Below the pieces are notes generated by a model that worked only from the letters and a program-made list of their open reading frames with translations, did no database searches and was not told where the DNA came from. DNA of 64,000 nucleotides. It comes from Octopus bimaculoides (lineage: Eukaryota). Shown one piece after another: positions 36,615 through 50,224 of this stretch (positions are counted from its first letter, which is position 1; every line of letters starts with the position of its first letter). The position numbers and the translations under genes are program-made. The stretch spans positions 73,503,036 to 73,567,035 of the forward strand of contig NC_068986.1 of NCBI RefSeq assembly GCF_001194135.2, read 5' to 3'.

Positions 36615-37194
36615 CAAGTATCTAAATAATGGAATACTCTGTATTAGATACTAGAATGGCTCAACAGAGAGGGTGAATGGTCCAGCAAAAAGGAGCATCC
36701 AGGATAGTAGAAATATCTGGTGCTATGTTGCAACTTCTGACTCACTAAAGTTTGTTCTTGTTATGTAGGAGTTTTGTTTCTATGTTGGTAGGTGATTCTT
36801 GGTATCTCTGGTGTTGCTGTGGAAGGGGCCAAAACACCTACAGAGCTGCTTCTACCTCATGAGACATCAGCACCTGCATCGAAAGATGGGGTACAATAGC
36901 ACCCTCAGCATGCAAGTGCTTACACTAAAACATTAGCTATTGAGAAATATGCCCCTTCTCTCTTCAGAAAGGGTTAAAATTGTTTCTAAAATGACTCTAG
37001 ATTCTAAGCTATAAAGACATGATAATGAAAAATTGATAATGATAAATATATGTGACAATGTACAGACAGTTTTATAAGTATGTGTGTGTATGTATGAACA
37101 TATATAGATACATGTTTCTCTGTACATAAGCTTATATATACATGTGTCTGTATGTATGATGCTATATATTCACACACTTTTATGCATGAAGCTC

Positions 37195-37239
<45 letters not shown>

Positions 37240-37279
37240 ATTTTAAAGTTTTTTCAAGTTTCCTTCTCATACTGACTCA

Positions 37280-37495
37280 TAAGAGCTGGCTTCCCAGTTT
37301 CCATGGCATATGTATTCCCCACATGGTAGGGACACCAGTCTGTCGCAGGATCACTCATTTTCACCAGCTGAGTGGACTGGAGCAATGTGAAATGAAGTGT
37401 TTTGCTCAAGAACACAACACGCAGCCTGGTCAAGGAATCGAACCCACAACCTCACGATCTTAAGTTCGACGCTCTAACCATTGAGCCATGTGCCT
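37280..37495 (-). mobile_element. tRNA-type SINE (family B-related)
   Basis: Reverse-complement head 'atggctcaatggttagagcgtcgaact...gaggttgtgggttcgattcc' with A- and B-boxes. Confidence 0.7.
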
Positions 37496-37589
37496 ATATG
37501 TATATATATATAAACATTGACCACACATACCCAATGTATGTGACCTCCATTAGTTTGCTGGTAAGCTGTGATCTGGTGTAGTAGGGATG

Positions 37590-37800
37590 ACTCCCTCAAA
37601 GTGTTGCATGTTCAGGTGTTTTAACACCCAGCACTTTGAAGAAGTCATCCCCACTGCATCAACACCTGATGCTTTAAGGGAGTCATCCCACTGTGCCAAA
37701 TCGCAGCTTACTGGCAAACAAGCAAAGCGCATACATTGAGTATGTGTGATCAATAATGTTTACAACACTAGTGCTGCTTCTAATTCTTATTTGAATATAT
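37590..37800. repeat. Third, inverted copy of the unclassified 13.6-14.0 kb repeat
   Basis: 'ttcaggtgttttaacacccagcac' and 'aaacaagcaaagcgcatacattgagtatgtgtgatcaataatgtt' match the reverse complement of about 13800-13950. Confidence 0.65.
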
Positions 37801-38139
37801 ATTTAGACGTTATTGTTGTCACATACTTACTGTTTGTTTATATACTCATTGGTTGCGGAAGAGAGTCAAAGGGAAAAATTCCTTTAATAAGTTGGCATCT
37901 TAAATGGATTTCTCCCTCTGAAGCTATCCCTCACTTCTTTCAAAGTAAGGTAATATTTCACCCTGCACCATGACTGGATATGTTTTCATGAAAGATTGGA
38001 AATAAAGGACACCACATGCATAACTGTGACACTTGTTTACAATAATTGCATAATGTGAGAACAAAGAGACATTAATGCATGCACGTACCTATATATATAT
38101 ATATGTGTGGATCTATCTATCTATCTATCTATCTATATA

Positions 38140-38174
<35 letters not shown>

Positions 38175-38524
38175 NNNNNNNNNNNNNNNNNNNNNNNNNN
38201 NNNNNNNNNNNNNNNNNNNNNNNNNNNNNNNNNNNNNNNNNNNNNNNNNNNNNNNNNNNNNNNNNNNNNNNNNNNNNNNNNNNNNNNNNNNNNNNNNNNN
38301 NNNNNNNNNNNNNATATTATGGAGATGTACTTGCATAGCAAGTGACCTGATCTGAGATCGTGTGCTGGAACGAAAACAATTGCAGCGTGGAAGGTGTTTA
38401 TAAGCCATTTAAGAAACACACAAAAACCGTTAGATTCACTTCAACATTTAAATTCATTTTGCCAAAATATTTTCGTTGCTTTGAGACTGCGACCTGTTCA
38501 TTGACAAAATTCCATGATGCAGCA

Positions 38525-38990
38525 CAGAATTTCTACCAGATTCACTCATTAGGGATATTAAGCTTATCCGGTCGACATGACTCAAAGCCTGTCTTCTTTC
38601 CTGATAAATCTTCACTAGGTTTACCTTCAGGCCTTTCAATTTGTAGGTTTTGCTTTCAAGTTTGGAATTTTGTCCCTAAATTCTTCTACAAATTCATCTC
38701 TGAGAACTAGGTCATCAACATACAGTAATTCCCATACAGAACCATTCTTAGGTTCCTCTGTTTTGGCCTGGAGGATCTTTGTAAATATAAAGGGTGCTGA
38801 AAAACTGAGCCCTGATAAAGATGAATAATAGGAGACAGTTGCACTGGCTGTTGTTAATTGTTCCAAGTAAACTCTGACTGTATCAGGCCTTTGATTAAAG
38901 ACATTCCAGCCATGACCATCTTGTCTTTTTGATATAATCAGGGAGCACTGGATCACATTACCCAGCATGTCCATTTTTCTTGAAGATGGC
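38525..38990 (-). mobile_element. RTE-clade reverse transcriptase relic
   Basis: LSFSAPFIFTKILQAKTEEPKNGSVWELLYVDDLVL contains the catalytic YxDD in RTE context; frameshifted downstream. Confidence 0.8.
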
Positions 38991-39420
38991 AGGGTGTGAT
39001 TTGACTGCTATTTCTAACAGATTGAATGACCATGTAGAAGTTCTTATTGGCTAGAGTAATTAGTGTTAATTAATAAGAATAGAAGTTGAGTAAAAAGTAT
39101 TAAGACACTTGTAAGTTAGGTTGTGATTTATGAGATTATCACTGAAATAAATAATAATGAAGATCATAGGCTGAAGAGAAATAATTAAGTAGACATGTTA
39201 AACTTTAGAACAATAGACATGAAGCATTATAATAACAATGTAATTAGAAATAGACATCAAATATGATTGTGATAAATTGACAATGGTGTTAGTGACGTTC
39301 AAAATAATAATAACGATGCATGGATATATATATTTGATGACATATTTAAATTTTACTGTGTAACACAATTTTTGTTCTTAGGTAGCAACTGTTATTTCCT
39401 ATTTGCTTACCCCTGGTAAG

Positions 39421-39770
39421 TGGAGGCACAATGGCCCAGTGGTTAGGGCAGCGGACTCGCGGTCATAGGATCGCGGTTTTGATTCCCAGACCGGTTGTTG
39501 TGTGTGTTAATTGAGCGAAAACACTTAAAGCTCCATGAGGCTCCGGCACAACTTTCTCTCACTTATACTTCCTGTTTCTGTTGTGCCTGTAATTCAAAGG
39601 GTCAGCCTCGTCACACTGTGTCATGCTGAATATCCCTGAGAACTACGTTAAGAGTACACGTGTCTGTGAAGTGCTCAGCCACTTGCACATTAATTTCATG
39701 AGCAGGCTGTTCCGTTGATTGGATCAACTGGAACCCTTGATGTCGTAAGCAACGGGAGTGCCAACAACAA
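39421..39770 (+). mobile_element. tRNA-type SINE family B, near full length
   Basis: Head 'tggcccagtggttagggcagcggactcgcggtcataggatcgcggttttgattcc' (A- and B-box-like) and body 'gtgctcagccacttgcac...gatcaactggaaccc'. Confidence 0.8.
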
Positions 39771-40141
39771 CCCCTGGGAAGTATGAAAAATGGCTAATAT
39801 TTCCTTCAAACTTTGCTTTTTGTTACATTTATTCAAATCCCAAAGAATCCCTCTCTACACATGGCTACGATGCTTCTCTACTACTCCTGTTCATCATTAG
39901 AGATGAGAGATTCACATATTGTTAGCCACTAAAGGACGTGTTCAAGTGGTTATGGTCAAGCAACTGACAAGCAAAATCTATGATATTGAGCAGAATATTT
40001 GCTATAATGATATTTCTGCTTCAGCAAACCAGCACTGAATCTGTTTGAAATGTAATGGAAAATAGGTCGGTTTGAAAACATGGATGTCCAAGTGACAAAA
40101 GTAAAGTTTGAAGGGAGTATAGTCCTTTCCATTTATTTCTA

Positions 40142-40268
40142 CAGGGTGTCCACAAAGTCTGGGTACATGGGGATTAACACATACTTTAAGAAATTATTAT
40201 TTCTTATAGTTAATTGTTTATGTTATGATTTTAGTTGCTCCATGTACCCAGACCTTGTGGACACCCTG
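40142..40268. mobile_element. 127-bp Tc1/mariner-type MITE
   Basis: 29-bp TIRs cagggtgtccacaa(a/g)gtctgggtacatgg with one mismatch; TA on both sides. Confidence 0.9.
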
Positions 40269-40734
40269 TAGATAGAAGCAAATAGAAAATAACACTTATT
40301 GACCAAAGACAAAAAAAAAATTAATTTTATTACACAGTGTTATTAAATCTTTCGTATTCTTATACCATTTAAATCTCCTTTATCACTGGTTTCATAAATT
40401 CATGTGTTTCTATGAAGTAGAAAATATTTTGAAATTACAGTATTTACTTCTGCTTGTCTCTGAACATAACAGACTTCAGGTGCCAGACTCTGCTGGTATG
40501 TTGTACTTTCATTTTCTTTGTCTTCATTTCTTCATCTCGAATCCCAAGTTTGTTAATTTAATATTGTTGTCTACTACAGTACACTACCAGTTGATAGATG
40601 ACCAATTTTCTTGTCTTTTTTTCTCTTGATGCTATATTCTTTATTCAGAGATTCTGTTATTCCTAGCATTTTTTGCTATTATATAAAATGTTGCATATCA
40701 GGAAAAAAATTTGCAGAGATACTTATTTTCTGGT

Positions 40735-40945
40735 TTTTACTTGTTTTAGTCATTGGACTGTGGCCATGCTGAGGCAACACTACAAAGGGTTTTAATTTAA
40801 TGAATTGGCCCCATTACTTATGCATTTAAGTCTGATACTTATTCTATTGGACTCTTATGCCAAACTGCTAAATTACAGGAACATAAATGAACCAACACCT
40901 GTTATCAAGCAGTGGTGAGGGACAAAGAAACAAAAACACACACAT
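40735..40945 (-). mobile_element. SINE family A 3' part
   Basis: Tail block in reverse orientation, ending at (TA)n and a gap. Confidence 0.7.
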
Positions 40946-40974
40946 GAATATATACATATGTATATACTTATATG

Positions 40975-41021
<47 letters not shown>

Positions 41022-42417
41022 NNNNNNNNNNNNNNNNNNNNNNNNNNNNNNNNNNNNNNNNNNNNNNNNNNNNNNNNNNNNNNNNNNNNNNNNNNNNNNN
41101 NNNNNNNNNNNNNNNNNNNNNNNNNNNNNNNNNNNNNNNNNNNNNNNNNNNNNNNNNNNNNNNNNNNNNNNNNNNNNNNNNNNNNNNNNNNNNNNNNNNN
41201 NNNNNNNNNNNNNNNNNNNNNNNNNNNNNNNNNNNNNNNNNNNNNNNNNNNNNNNNNNNNNNNNNNNNNNNNNNNNNNNNNNNNNNNNNNNNNNNNNNNN
41301 NNNNNNNNNNNNNNNNNNNNNNNNNNNNNNNNNNNNNNNNNNNNNNNNNNNNNNNNNNNNNNNNNNNNNNNNNNNNNNNNNNNNNNNNNNNNNNNNNNNN
41401 NNNNNNNNNNNNNNNNNNNNNNNNNNNNNNNNNNNNNNNNNNNNNNNNNNNNNNNNNNNNNNNNNNNNNNNNNNNNNNNNNNNNNNNNNNNNNNNNNNNN
41501 NNNNNNNNNNNNNNNNNNNNNNNNNNNNNNNNNNNNNNNNNNNNNNNNNNNNNNNNNNNNNNNNNNNNNNNNNNNNNNNNNNNNNNNNNNNNNNNNNNNN
41601 NNNNNNNNNNNNNNNNNNNNNNNNNNNNNNNNNNNNNNNNNNNNNNNNNNNNNNNNNNNNNNNNNNNNNNNNNNNNNNNNNNNNNNNNNNNNNNNNNNNN
41701 NNNNNNNNNNNNNNNNNNNNNNNNNNNNNNNNNNNNNNNNNNNNNNNNNNNNNNNNNNNNNNNNNNNNNNNNNCACGCACGCACACACACACACACACAC
41801 ACTATAAACAAACCCTATAAACAAACCCATCTCATTACTCACACCCTATCCAGACAAACATATGCACACAGATACACACACTATGTTATATACACACCAC
41901 AGCACACAATGTGTTCAGAAAGTTGTTGAGAGGCTGTAAGTTTATTTTACCAATGAATAACTGAAAGTTGTTAAATCTCTTCAATTTTCTCACAAATTTC
42001 TTAAAGAAAAATAATTCATTCACAATACATTATCCATTTGCCAATAAACTGAATACTTCTTTCATTGTAAAAATTCAAATATTTGCTCTAAATTTAATCC
42101 TCTTTTTGTTGAGTTAACAGTGAAGTTCTTAGACACATTACTGCAATACACAATATGGAATTAAGAAACATTCTTTCGTTATTGTATATAAAATTTTTAT
42201 TTGTAAACAAATCTTCTTTCAGATCTGTGGCTCATTATTGTAAAACGAGTAAATCTGTTGTATAAGATTAATTAGATGATGTTGTTGAGAGATAAAACCA
42301 TTCTTCAGTCCAGCTGTTGTGGATTATCTATGTTTCATCTCTGAGGAAGCTAACTGCAATTCCCAGGGTAATTAGAGTGCAGGTATGGTGCAGGTGTTGT
42401 ATAGATATGAATTGCTG

Positions 42418-42463
<46 letters not shown>

Positions 42464-42644
42464 TTGTTTCCACGTGAATACATTAAGATCATCTGAACAA
42501 TGTCAGTGTCTTTCTTTACATTCTCCAGTAAGTAGAGTCCTGTAGTTCCAATGACTTTATTGCTTTTGGTGTGTATTGACCAACAGACTAAAAATACCAT
42601 GGTTGGAAACACGTGAAGGTTGGCAACAGAAAGAGCATCCAACC

Positions 42645-43511
42645 ATAAAATGGGTAAATTGTCGCCATTTTATATTTTTAATTTTGGGCATGTACATTGT
42701 TTGTTTTTGATTTTGTCAACTACACAATATAGTAGGGTCAGTTGGGCCATCTGTGAGAAAAACAGCACCATGATGCAATTCACTCTGCCGGAAATTTGGA
42801 AACAACATGCTGTACTGCTTGGCATTTGCACCAGAAGCTCCAGTATAAACATTTCAGACCATCAATCTGAAGACAGTGAGATGTGAGGACATGTGCCGAG
42901 AGTGATAAAAAACAAACATCTAGTCAACATCATGGTGTTTGGAGTGATCACTAATTACGGCGATGTTATGCCTCCATTCATCTTCACACACAGCCTCAGG
43001 CTCAACCTGGTGGCCTACATCAAGTGCCTGGAGGAGGTAATGCTGCCCTGGGTCAAGAGGGTGGCTGCTGGAACACCCTATGTCTGGCAACAGGACTCTG
43101 CATCATGCCACACAAGCAGGAAAACCCAGTCATGGCTGTCAGACAATTTCTGCAACCACATCAGCCCTAACATCTGGCCACCTAACTCCCCAGACTGCAA
43201 CCCCCTTGATTTTTATGTATGGGGTACAGTTGAGTGAGAGACCAACGAAACTTGTTGTAACACCAAACTGAAGGCAAAGATTATGACAGCAGTCACCAAC
43301 TTAAACAAGGAGACCGTCCAGAAGAGTTGCATGAGATTCCGGAGTCATCTAGAGGCCATGGTTGAAGCCAATGGCGATTTTATTGAATAAACTTACTCTT
43401 TAGTATTTCAAGATATTTTAAAGCAATCTTGGTAAATATAACTGTCAAAATGAGATGTCAGTGTTATTTTCATTTTTGCATAATTTAGATGACAGTTTAT
43501 TCAATGCACCG
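42645..43511 (+). mobile_element. Internally deleted DD37D (maT-type) element
   Basis: ORF 42893-43237 reads WQQDSASCHTSRKTQSWLSDNF...WPPNSPDCNPLDFYVWG with exactly 37 residues between the last two catalytic Asp; the 3' end loosely mirrors the 5' end of the 10687 copy. Confidence 0.9.
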
Positions 43512-43596
<85 letters not shown>

Positions 43597-44499
43597 TTAT
43601 GATGATGATGATGTTTCATGCTGGCCTGTACTGGATGGTTTGACAGGATCTGAAGTGGTGGGGGGAGGCAACGATTGTACCATGCACTAGTGTCTGCTCT
43701 GGCATGATTTTTACAGTTGAATACTCTACATAATGCCAACTACTTTACAGAGAGTAGTGAGTATTTTCTGCATGTCACTAGTACTATTAAGATATATATC
43801 ATGTTCTTGAACAAGACATTTTAATTTGATGTTTCCCCAATTCACTCAGCTGGCAAAAATGAGTACCACCTGTATTTTAAAGAACCAACCTTGTCACGCA
43901 CTGTGCCACACTGAATCTCCCTGTCATAACCAACAGAGTGCCAGCTGCTCATATGTACAGTCATGTTCTACAAAGTCAAGAAGAACAATGTTATTGTCAT
44001 TCCCAAAAATAGCCACCATGCCCTTCTCTGCTGATTGCTAGCTATTGAACATCTTGGGTATTTGGTCTTTTTTTTATTTATAAATGGCAGAATTTATAGA
44101 GTGACTCAGGGGCTGGGTGTTTCATGCATTGGCACTTACGAAACTGGTTTAAAACCAAGGGGACTTACATTTATATAGTGGTGATAACAGTATTTCCCTG
44201 GATTGTTCTAGAATAAAATATATAAACTGTTATAATGTTACATGGATAATGTATATTTTTCAAATGGTTTGCTTGTTATGCTGTTCAATAAATAAATAAG
44301 AAAAATTTAAAGATATGTATGCACTCATACACAAATATAAATATGAATAGTGGAGAATATGTACACATACAATAAATATAGTGTGTACATGAATACATGC
44401 ATATACATATGCCCACTCATGTACACATGTTCATGCATTCACACACACACACTCACACACATGTATGTATAAATATAAAATGTATGTATAAATATAAAA

Positions 44500-44722
44500 C
44501 TGTGTCCCAGGGACACAGCAAGGAATGCATGCACCAAGTTCTGGAGTTATCTTGTGTCCCTGGTGGAAGCTGAGAGCAGCTACTTTGAATAAACTGTTAT
44601 CGCTCAGCCATAAACTAATGTGGTATTTTTTTGATTTTTTAAAAGACAATTTTATTTTTGGATGGAATATTGTGTTTTCCTTTGCTTTTATGCAAACTGT
44701 CGAATTTAGCCTGAACACCATG
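44500..44722 (+). mobile_element. 3' terminus of the maT family seen at 27652
   Basis: The reverse complement matches 27652-27860. Confidence 0.75.
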
Positions 44723-44768
44723 TACATAGATACATGCCTGTGTGCACATGTGGAACAGATACACACAC

Positions 44769-44817
<49 letters not shown>

Positions 44818-45075
44818 TGTACATATACTGATACACACACACATGCACACAAATACATACACCCATGCATCAGCACACAAGTATAATTAGCTGAATCTAT
44901 ATTGGTTGTGGGAACGGTATGACAAAATAAAGGATGTCACTTTTGGGGAGGGGGGAGTTTACTTGTAAATGCAATAAACTTATAGTTGTTATACATCTTA
45001 TGTATTCGTACATGTAAACAGTATGTGCATGTATGTAGACAAGCACACACTCTTACTCACATATACATGTGCATA

Positions 45076-45869
45076 CAAGGGGTGTTCATTAAAGGTTTAT
45101 CTTGACCCACTTCTGGTTATTGCAGGAAATGGAACTTGTACAGGTATAATCAGGCATGTCTCTACATGTCACATTGTAAATTGCAGCTTTCCACTAGTGT
45201 TCATTTGTCTTTTACGGCTGCTGAAGTGAACTAAAGTGTTATAATGAAAGCAGTTGAATGCAGATCAGTGATCAGGTTCTTATACTTGAAAGGTTGTACA
45301 CCAAAAGAGACTTTCAATGAAATGAAAAAAGTTTATGGTGATGATGCACCATCATACACTGTAGTCAAGCACTGGCATCGCCAGTTCAAATGTGGTCGGA
45401 CATCAGTGGAAACTGCTCCTTTTCCATGATGACCACATTCTGCCATTGATGATGATACCATCTGTAAAGTGGAATCCGCCACTTTGGAGGATCGCTGCAT
45501 AACTATTTGGCAACTAGTTCATGAAGTTAAGTCTAGGACCCATGGGAAAAATCATTCATGACCATTTGCACACATGGAAGTTGTTTGCATGATGGATTCC
45601 CCAGATGCTCACACCTTTTCAGAAGCAGGAACTAGTCAGTTGCTCCCAAGCTCTTTTGGCAATGTGCCAAGAAAATGAGGAGGACTTTTTCAGCAGACGT
45701 ATCACACAGAATGAAACGTGGGTCCATCACTATGATCCTGAAACTAAAGTCTAGTTGAAGCAATGGGAGAAGTGTGTCACCATTGGTGGTGGCTATGTAG
45801 AGAAGGACTAATAATTATGCCAAGTTTTGTTTATCCCAGGAAGTGGAAATCTTTAATGAACACTCCTTG
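45076..45869 (+). mobile_element. Mariner deletion derivative with both TIRs
   Basis: TA|caaggggtgttcattaaag ... ctttaatgaacactccttg|TA; MKAVECRSVIRFLYLKG...KHWHRQFKCGRTSVE, WIPQMLT and ETWVHHYDPETK; the catalytic C-terminal half is deleted. Confidence 0.9.
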
Positions 45870-46329
45870 TATATATTACACATACACTTATTTATTCATT
45901 TATTGAACAACGTAATAGGCAAACCATTTGAAAAATATGCAGTATCCATGTGACTTGGCAACTGTTTTTATAATTTCTTTCAGAATAATCCAGGGAAATA
46001 GTTTTGTCACTGATATATAAATGTAAGCCCCTTTCATTTGAAGCCAGTTTGATAAATGCCAATGCACACAAATCCTAGCTCTTCAGTCTATAACTTCTAC
46101 TGATGATAAATAAAAATAAACAAACTGTATATGTATATGTGTGTATGTATGTGTATGTATATGTGTGTGTGTGTATGTGTGTGTGTGTGTGTGTGTAATG
46201 TATATGTATATATACACAGATACATACATATACACAGATACATACATATACACATACATACACACAGGTATGTACTAAAGTAATGAAATATGGTGTATAT
46301 ATCTTTGTTACACACACTATGGTATTGAA

Positions 46330-46407
<78 letters not shown>

Positions 46408-46519
46408 GTATATATAAAACCTTATATATATATGTGTGTGTGTGTGTGCTATGTAAGCATGCATCGACCATAGATACAATACAAAATATCTTTGTACAAT
46501 ATTGTGGCATTTATTAGCA

Positions 46520-47040
46520 ACAAGGACAGTGAAGTGTGAAATTGGTCATCATCTACCTTAGAGGCTAACCATGGGATACTTCAGCCAATATTCCTCAAGT
46601 TGTATGAATTGTCAAATGATCTTCACAAATTTTGGTTCACCGGTCAAGTTACCATAATCACTTCCAAAGTATCCATAAATTTTTTGTCAGTTTATTTCTC
46701 ATAATATAACAACTTTCTTTTCCAGATAGACCAGTATGTTCTACACACTGGCCTCACATGCACAAGTAGGCATCACCTTTCTTATAGTTGGTCTTAGAAT
46801 GTAATTTGTTGCTTATTGGCTGAATGATTTGGTGATGGATTATTGATGTAAAGGTCAGAAGTTGAAATACTGGCATTGTATTCTGTTTTTAATTGGTCTC
46901 ACTCTTGATATCTATACCAGAATCTATTACCAGAAACATTTCTGTGTAGCTTAACATTGAATCAATGTGAAGTATCTATTCAGTTGTCAAATATTTTATG
47001 CAACAATTCTTAACCATCTTTTTTTTTTATTACAAGATGG
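46520..47040 (-). mobile_element. Possible highly decayed RTE LINE C-terminal relic
   Basis: KVMPTCACEASV...KIYG...EPKFVKII resembles RPVxTYACETW...KIYG...EPNIVKII; weak. Confidence 0.35.
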
Positions 47041-47371
47041 CATCTCTTATGACTGTTCCATCTTTCATTTTAATCTGACATTTATTCCAATGAGTTTGAA
47101 AGTAATTTGAAAAAAACAAAACGAAAAAACGATGAAAAACTATGTACTAGCTTGTAAATAGTGAATTATCTCCCTTGTTTGAAGTGGTTTCTTTAATTGT
47201 TTCTAATAAAACTAATTCTTTCAAATTTTTGCACGAGGCTAACAGCTTTGATAGAAAGGAAGTAGTTGATACCATCGACCTCCATATGTAACTTATATTT
47301 TTATTCTAACAATCCTAAAAGGATGAATGGCGAAGTTGACCATGACAGTATTTACACTCGAAATATAAATA

Positions 47372-47765
47372 GGCACAGGAGTGGCTGTGTGGTAAGTAGC
47401 TTGCTTACCAACCACATGGTTCCGGGTTCAGTCCCACTGCATGGCACCTTGGGCAAGTGTCTTCTACTATAGCCTCAGGCCGCCCAAAGCCTTGTGAGTG
47501 GATTTGGTAGACGGAAACTGAAAGAAGCCCATCGTATATATGTATATATATGTATATATATATATGTGTGTTTGTGCGTCTGTGTTTGTCCCCCCAACAT
47601 CGCTTGACAACCGATGGTGGTGTGTTTACATCCCCGTAACTTAGCGGTTCGGCAAAAGAGATTGATAGAATAAGTACTAGGCTTACAAAGAATAAGTCCT
47701 GGGGTCGATTTGCTCGACTAAAGGTGGTGCACCAGCATGGCTGCAGTCAAATGACTGAAACAAAT
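47372..47765 (+). mobile_element. SINE family A, best-preserved full-length copy
   Basis: tRNA-like head with A-box 'tggctgtgtggtaag' and B-box 'gggttcagtccc', internal (TA)/(TG) tract, CpGs retained. Confidence 0.9.
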
Positions 47766-47809
47766 ACTAGAAGGCATTTTGTCTGATGCTCTTATGATTC
47801 TACTAGTTC

Positions 47810-48448
47810 ACCAACCTAATAATAATGGCACAAGATCTAAAATTCTTTGGGAGAGAAGATTAGTCAATTACATCAACCCCTGTGCTGAACTAGTATTTAT
47901 TTCATTGACTCTGAAAGGATGAGAGGTAAAGCTGACCTTGGCGGAATTTGAATTCAGAATGTGAAGACGTATGAAATGCTGCCAAGCATTTCACCCAGTG
48001 TACTAACAATTTTGTCAGCTTGCATAATAATAGTAATTCTTTCTACTATAGGAACAAGGCCTGAAATGTCTGGGGGAAAGGGATAATCAATTGCATCAAC
48101 CCCATTACTTAACTGGTACTTATTTTCATCAACCTTGAAAAGAGGAAAGGCAAGACAACAATAGTAATAATGGTTTTAAATTTTGGCCCAGGGCGAGCAG
48201 TTTCTGATGGGAAGAGAAGTTGATTACATTGATCCCAGTACTTGACTGAGATGATTTGAAATTTGGCCACAAGGCCAGCAATTTCGATTGCAATGACCCC
48301 AGTACTCAACTGGTACTTATTTTATCAGCCCCAAAAGGATGAAAGGCAAAGTCAAACTTGGCAGAATTTGAACTGAGAACATAAAAGACAGATGAAATGC
48401 CACTAAACATTTTGTCTGGGTTGATAGTGATTCTGCCAGCTCACCACC

Positions 48449-48487
<39 letters not shown>

Positions 48488-48490
48488 TTT
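47810..48490 (-). mobile_element. Cluster of SINE family D copies and fragments
   Basis: Repeated 'ggatgaaaggcaaagtc...gaatttgaact...aaatgcc...gccagctcacc' blocks. Confidence 0.7.
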
Positions 48491-50167
48491 AATATTCTGG
48501 TCTACTTTTTGTTATTTATAAAGTTTTTGCTATAAATTAAAATTTTTCATAGTGATTGTCAGTTAGAACAATTTCATTTTACTTATCCCACTAATACTTT
48601 ATGGGGAAGAATAATTCCCGTAACTTCCCATTTTTTTCTTAGAAATCTCAGATTTCATCATTATATATTAACCCCTCCCATTCATACAACACACTCTGTG
48701 CTTGCATACACACACACACACACACACGCTATTTTAATTCTTCTGTTCTATTGTGTGATTTATTCCTTACAACATACAACAGCTTAAAGACACCTTCTCC
48801 TTTGATAACATCACCAACACCACCAGTAAAATTAACTCACAAACAAACACACTATAAGGAGGAAAAGCTTCACTCTTAACTGCATTCTGTCATTATCAAT
48901 TGATAAAGTCTTCTGGAATCATTTGGTTGAGATCACATTGAAATTTAATATATTTGTAGAACTATTCTAAGGCTAAAGTTCCAGTTGATGAAATACTGGT
49001 TTATGTTATTCCATTATCACAATTCTGTGACATATATATGTAGTGGAGTGTGAAATACTTTGCCTATAAGTTGTTTTATATTGACTTTTAATTGGAGAAA
49101 TAAAAATCTTCAAAAACTATAAAATATGCTAAAAAAAAAATAAGGTATGAGAGACCAACAAATAAAGTTAGGTTAGAAAATAATGATTATTTGACATTGT
49201 CCTCCACCAGTGGCTTAGAGTGGGTTTTGGTTACCTTTTGCAGTGTGGCAACCAAATTGACTGCCCCCCCCCCTTCTTAAATTTAACATAGCTTTTACTA
49301 CAGCAAGCACACATGTGTAAAATGACAAAACTGTGTTCTCTGCACATCTCATGCTACACAACTATCCTCCACCTGTGTACCCCTGTAGTGGGAATATTCT
49401 GCTGTTAGATCACTCCATCTGATGTTGTGATTTTCTAGGATATTACCCATGTGATAAAAAAATTCTAACCGATCATAACTTTTCACACCTTTCTTTCTGA
49501 GCCTATCCAGTACTATAAATTCAGCACACTTTGACAACATGATTGAGAGCATTGGTAGACACCACTGGAAGCAGCCAATTGAGATGATAAATAGCAGCTG
49601 ATCTGAGCTGACAACAACCACAATGAATGATCGATGACAGCAATGCAATGAGCAACAGCTACCTCTTTGACTGCTGTGACAATTACACCAAGAGCAACAA
49701 CATTCAAACCCTCTCAGTGTTTTGTTGTTCGTAGTAATGACAACCTTTGCTTTTTGGTGATGGGAAGAATAAAATTAAGCTTATTCAAAATATCCCAACA
49801 GATTTCTGTATTCTTCTTCCATGAAACAGTCCTATAATGGGATGGAATAGAACTCTTTTATCTTTTATATTGTTTCAGTCCCTGGACTGCACAGCCATGC
49901 AGGGTTGTTGCCTTAGGGTGTTCAGCTGAACAAATCAATCCCTGTACTTATTATTTATCTTTTTGTTTGGTACTCATTCTAGGTCTCTTTCGCCGACTTG
50001 CTAAATTATGAGGATATAAACAAACCAACACTGGTGGTTGGGGACAAGCACAAAGAACACAAACACACACCTGTATCATCATCATTTCATATCTGCTTTC
50101 CAATGCTTGCATGTGTTGGATGGTTTGACAGGAGCTGGTGAGCCAGAGTACTGCACCAGCTCCTGTC

Positions 50168-50199
<32 letters not shown>

Positions 50200-50224
50200 A
50201 TGTGCACACGTGCGTGTGTGTGTG

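Larger units (their letters stand above)
44125..46066. repeat. ~180-bp diverged inverted repeat pair enclosing ~1.6 kb
   Basis: 44125-44300 aligns with the reverse complement of 45887-46066 at roughly 75-80% identity by eye. Confidence 0.8.

Noticed and set aside
39421-39495. tRNA-like sequence with A- and B-boxes (also 37420-37495 and 47372-47440)
   Set aside because: Continues directly into SINE bodies and has no complete cloverleaf, so these are SINE heads and not tRNA genes
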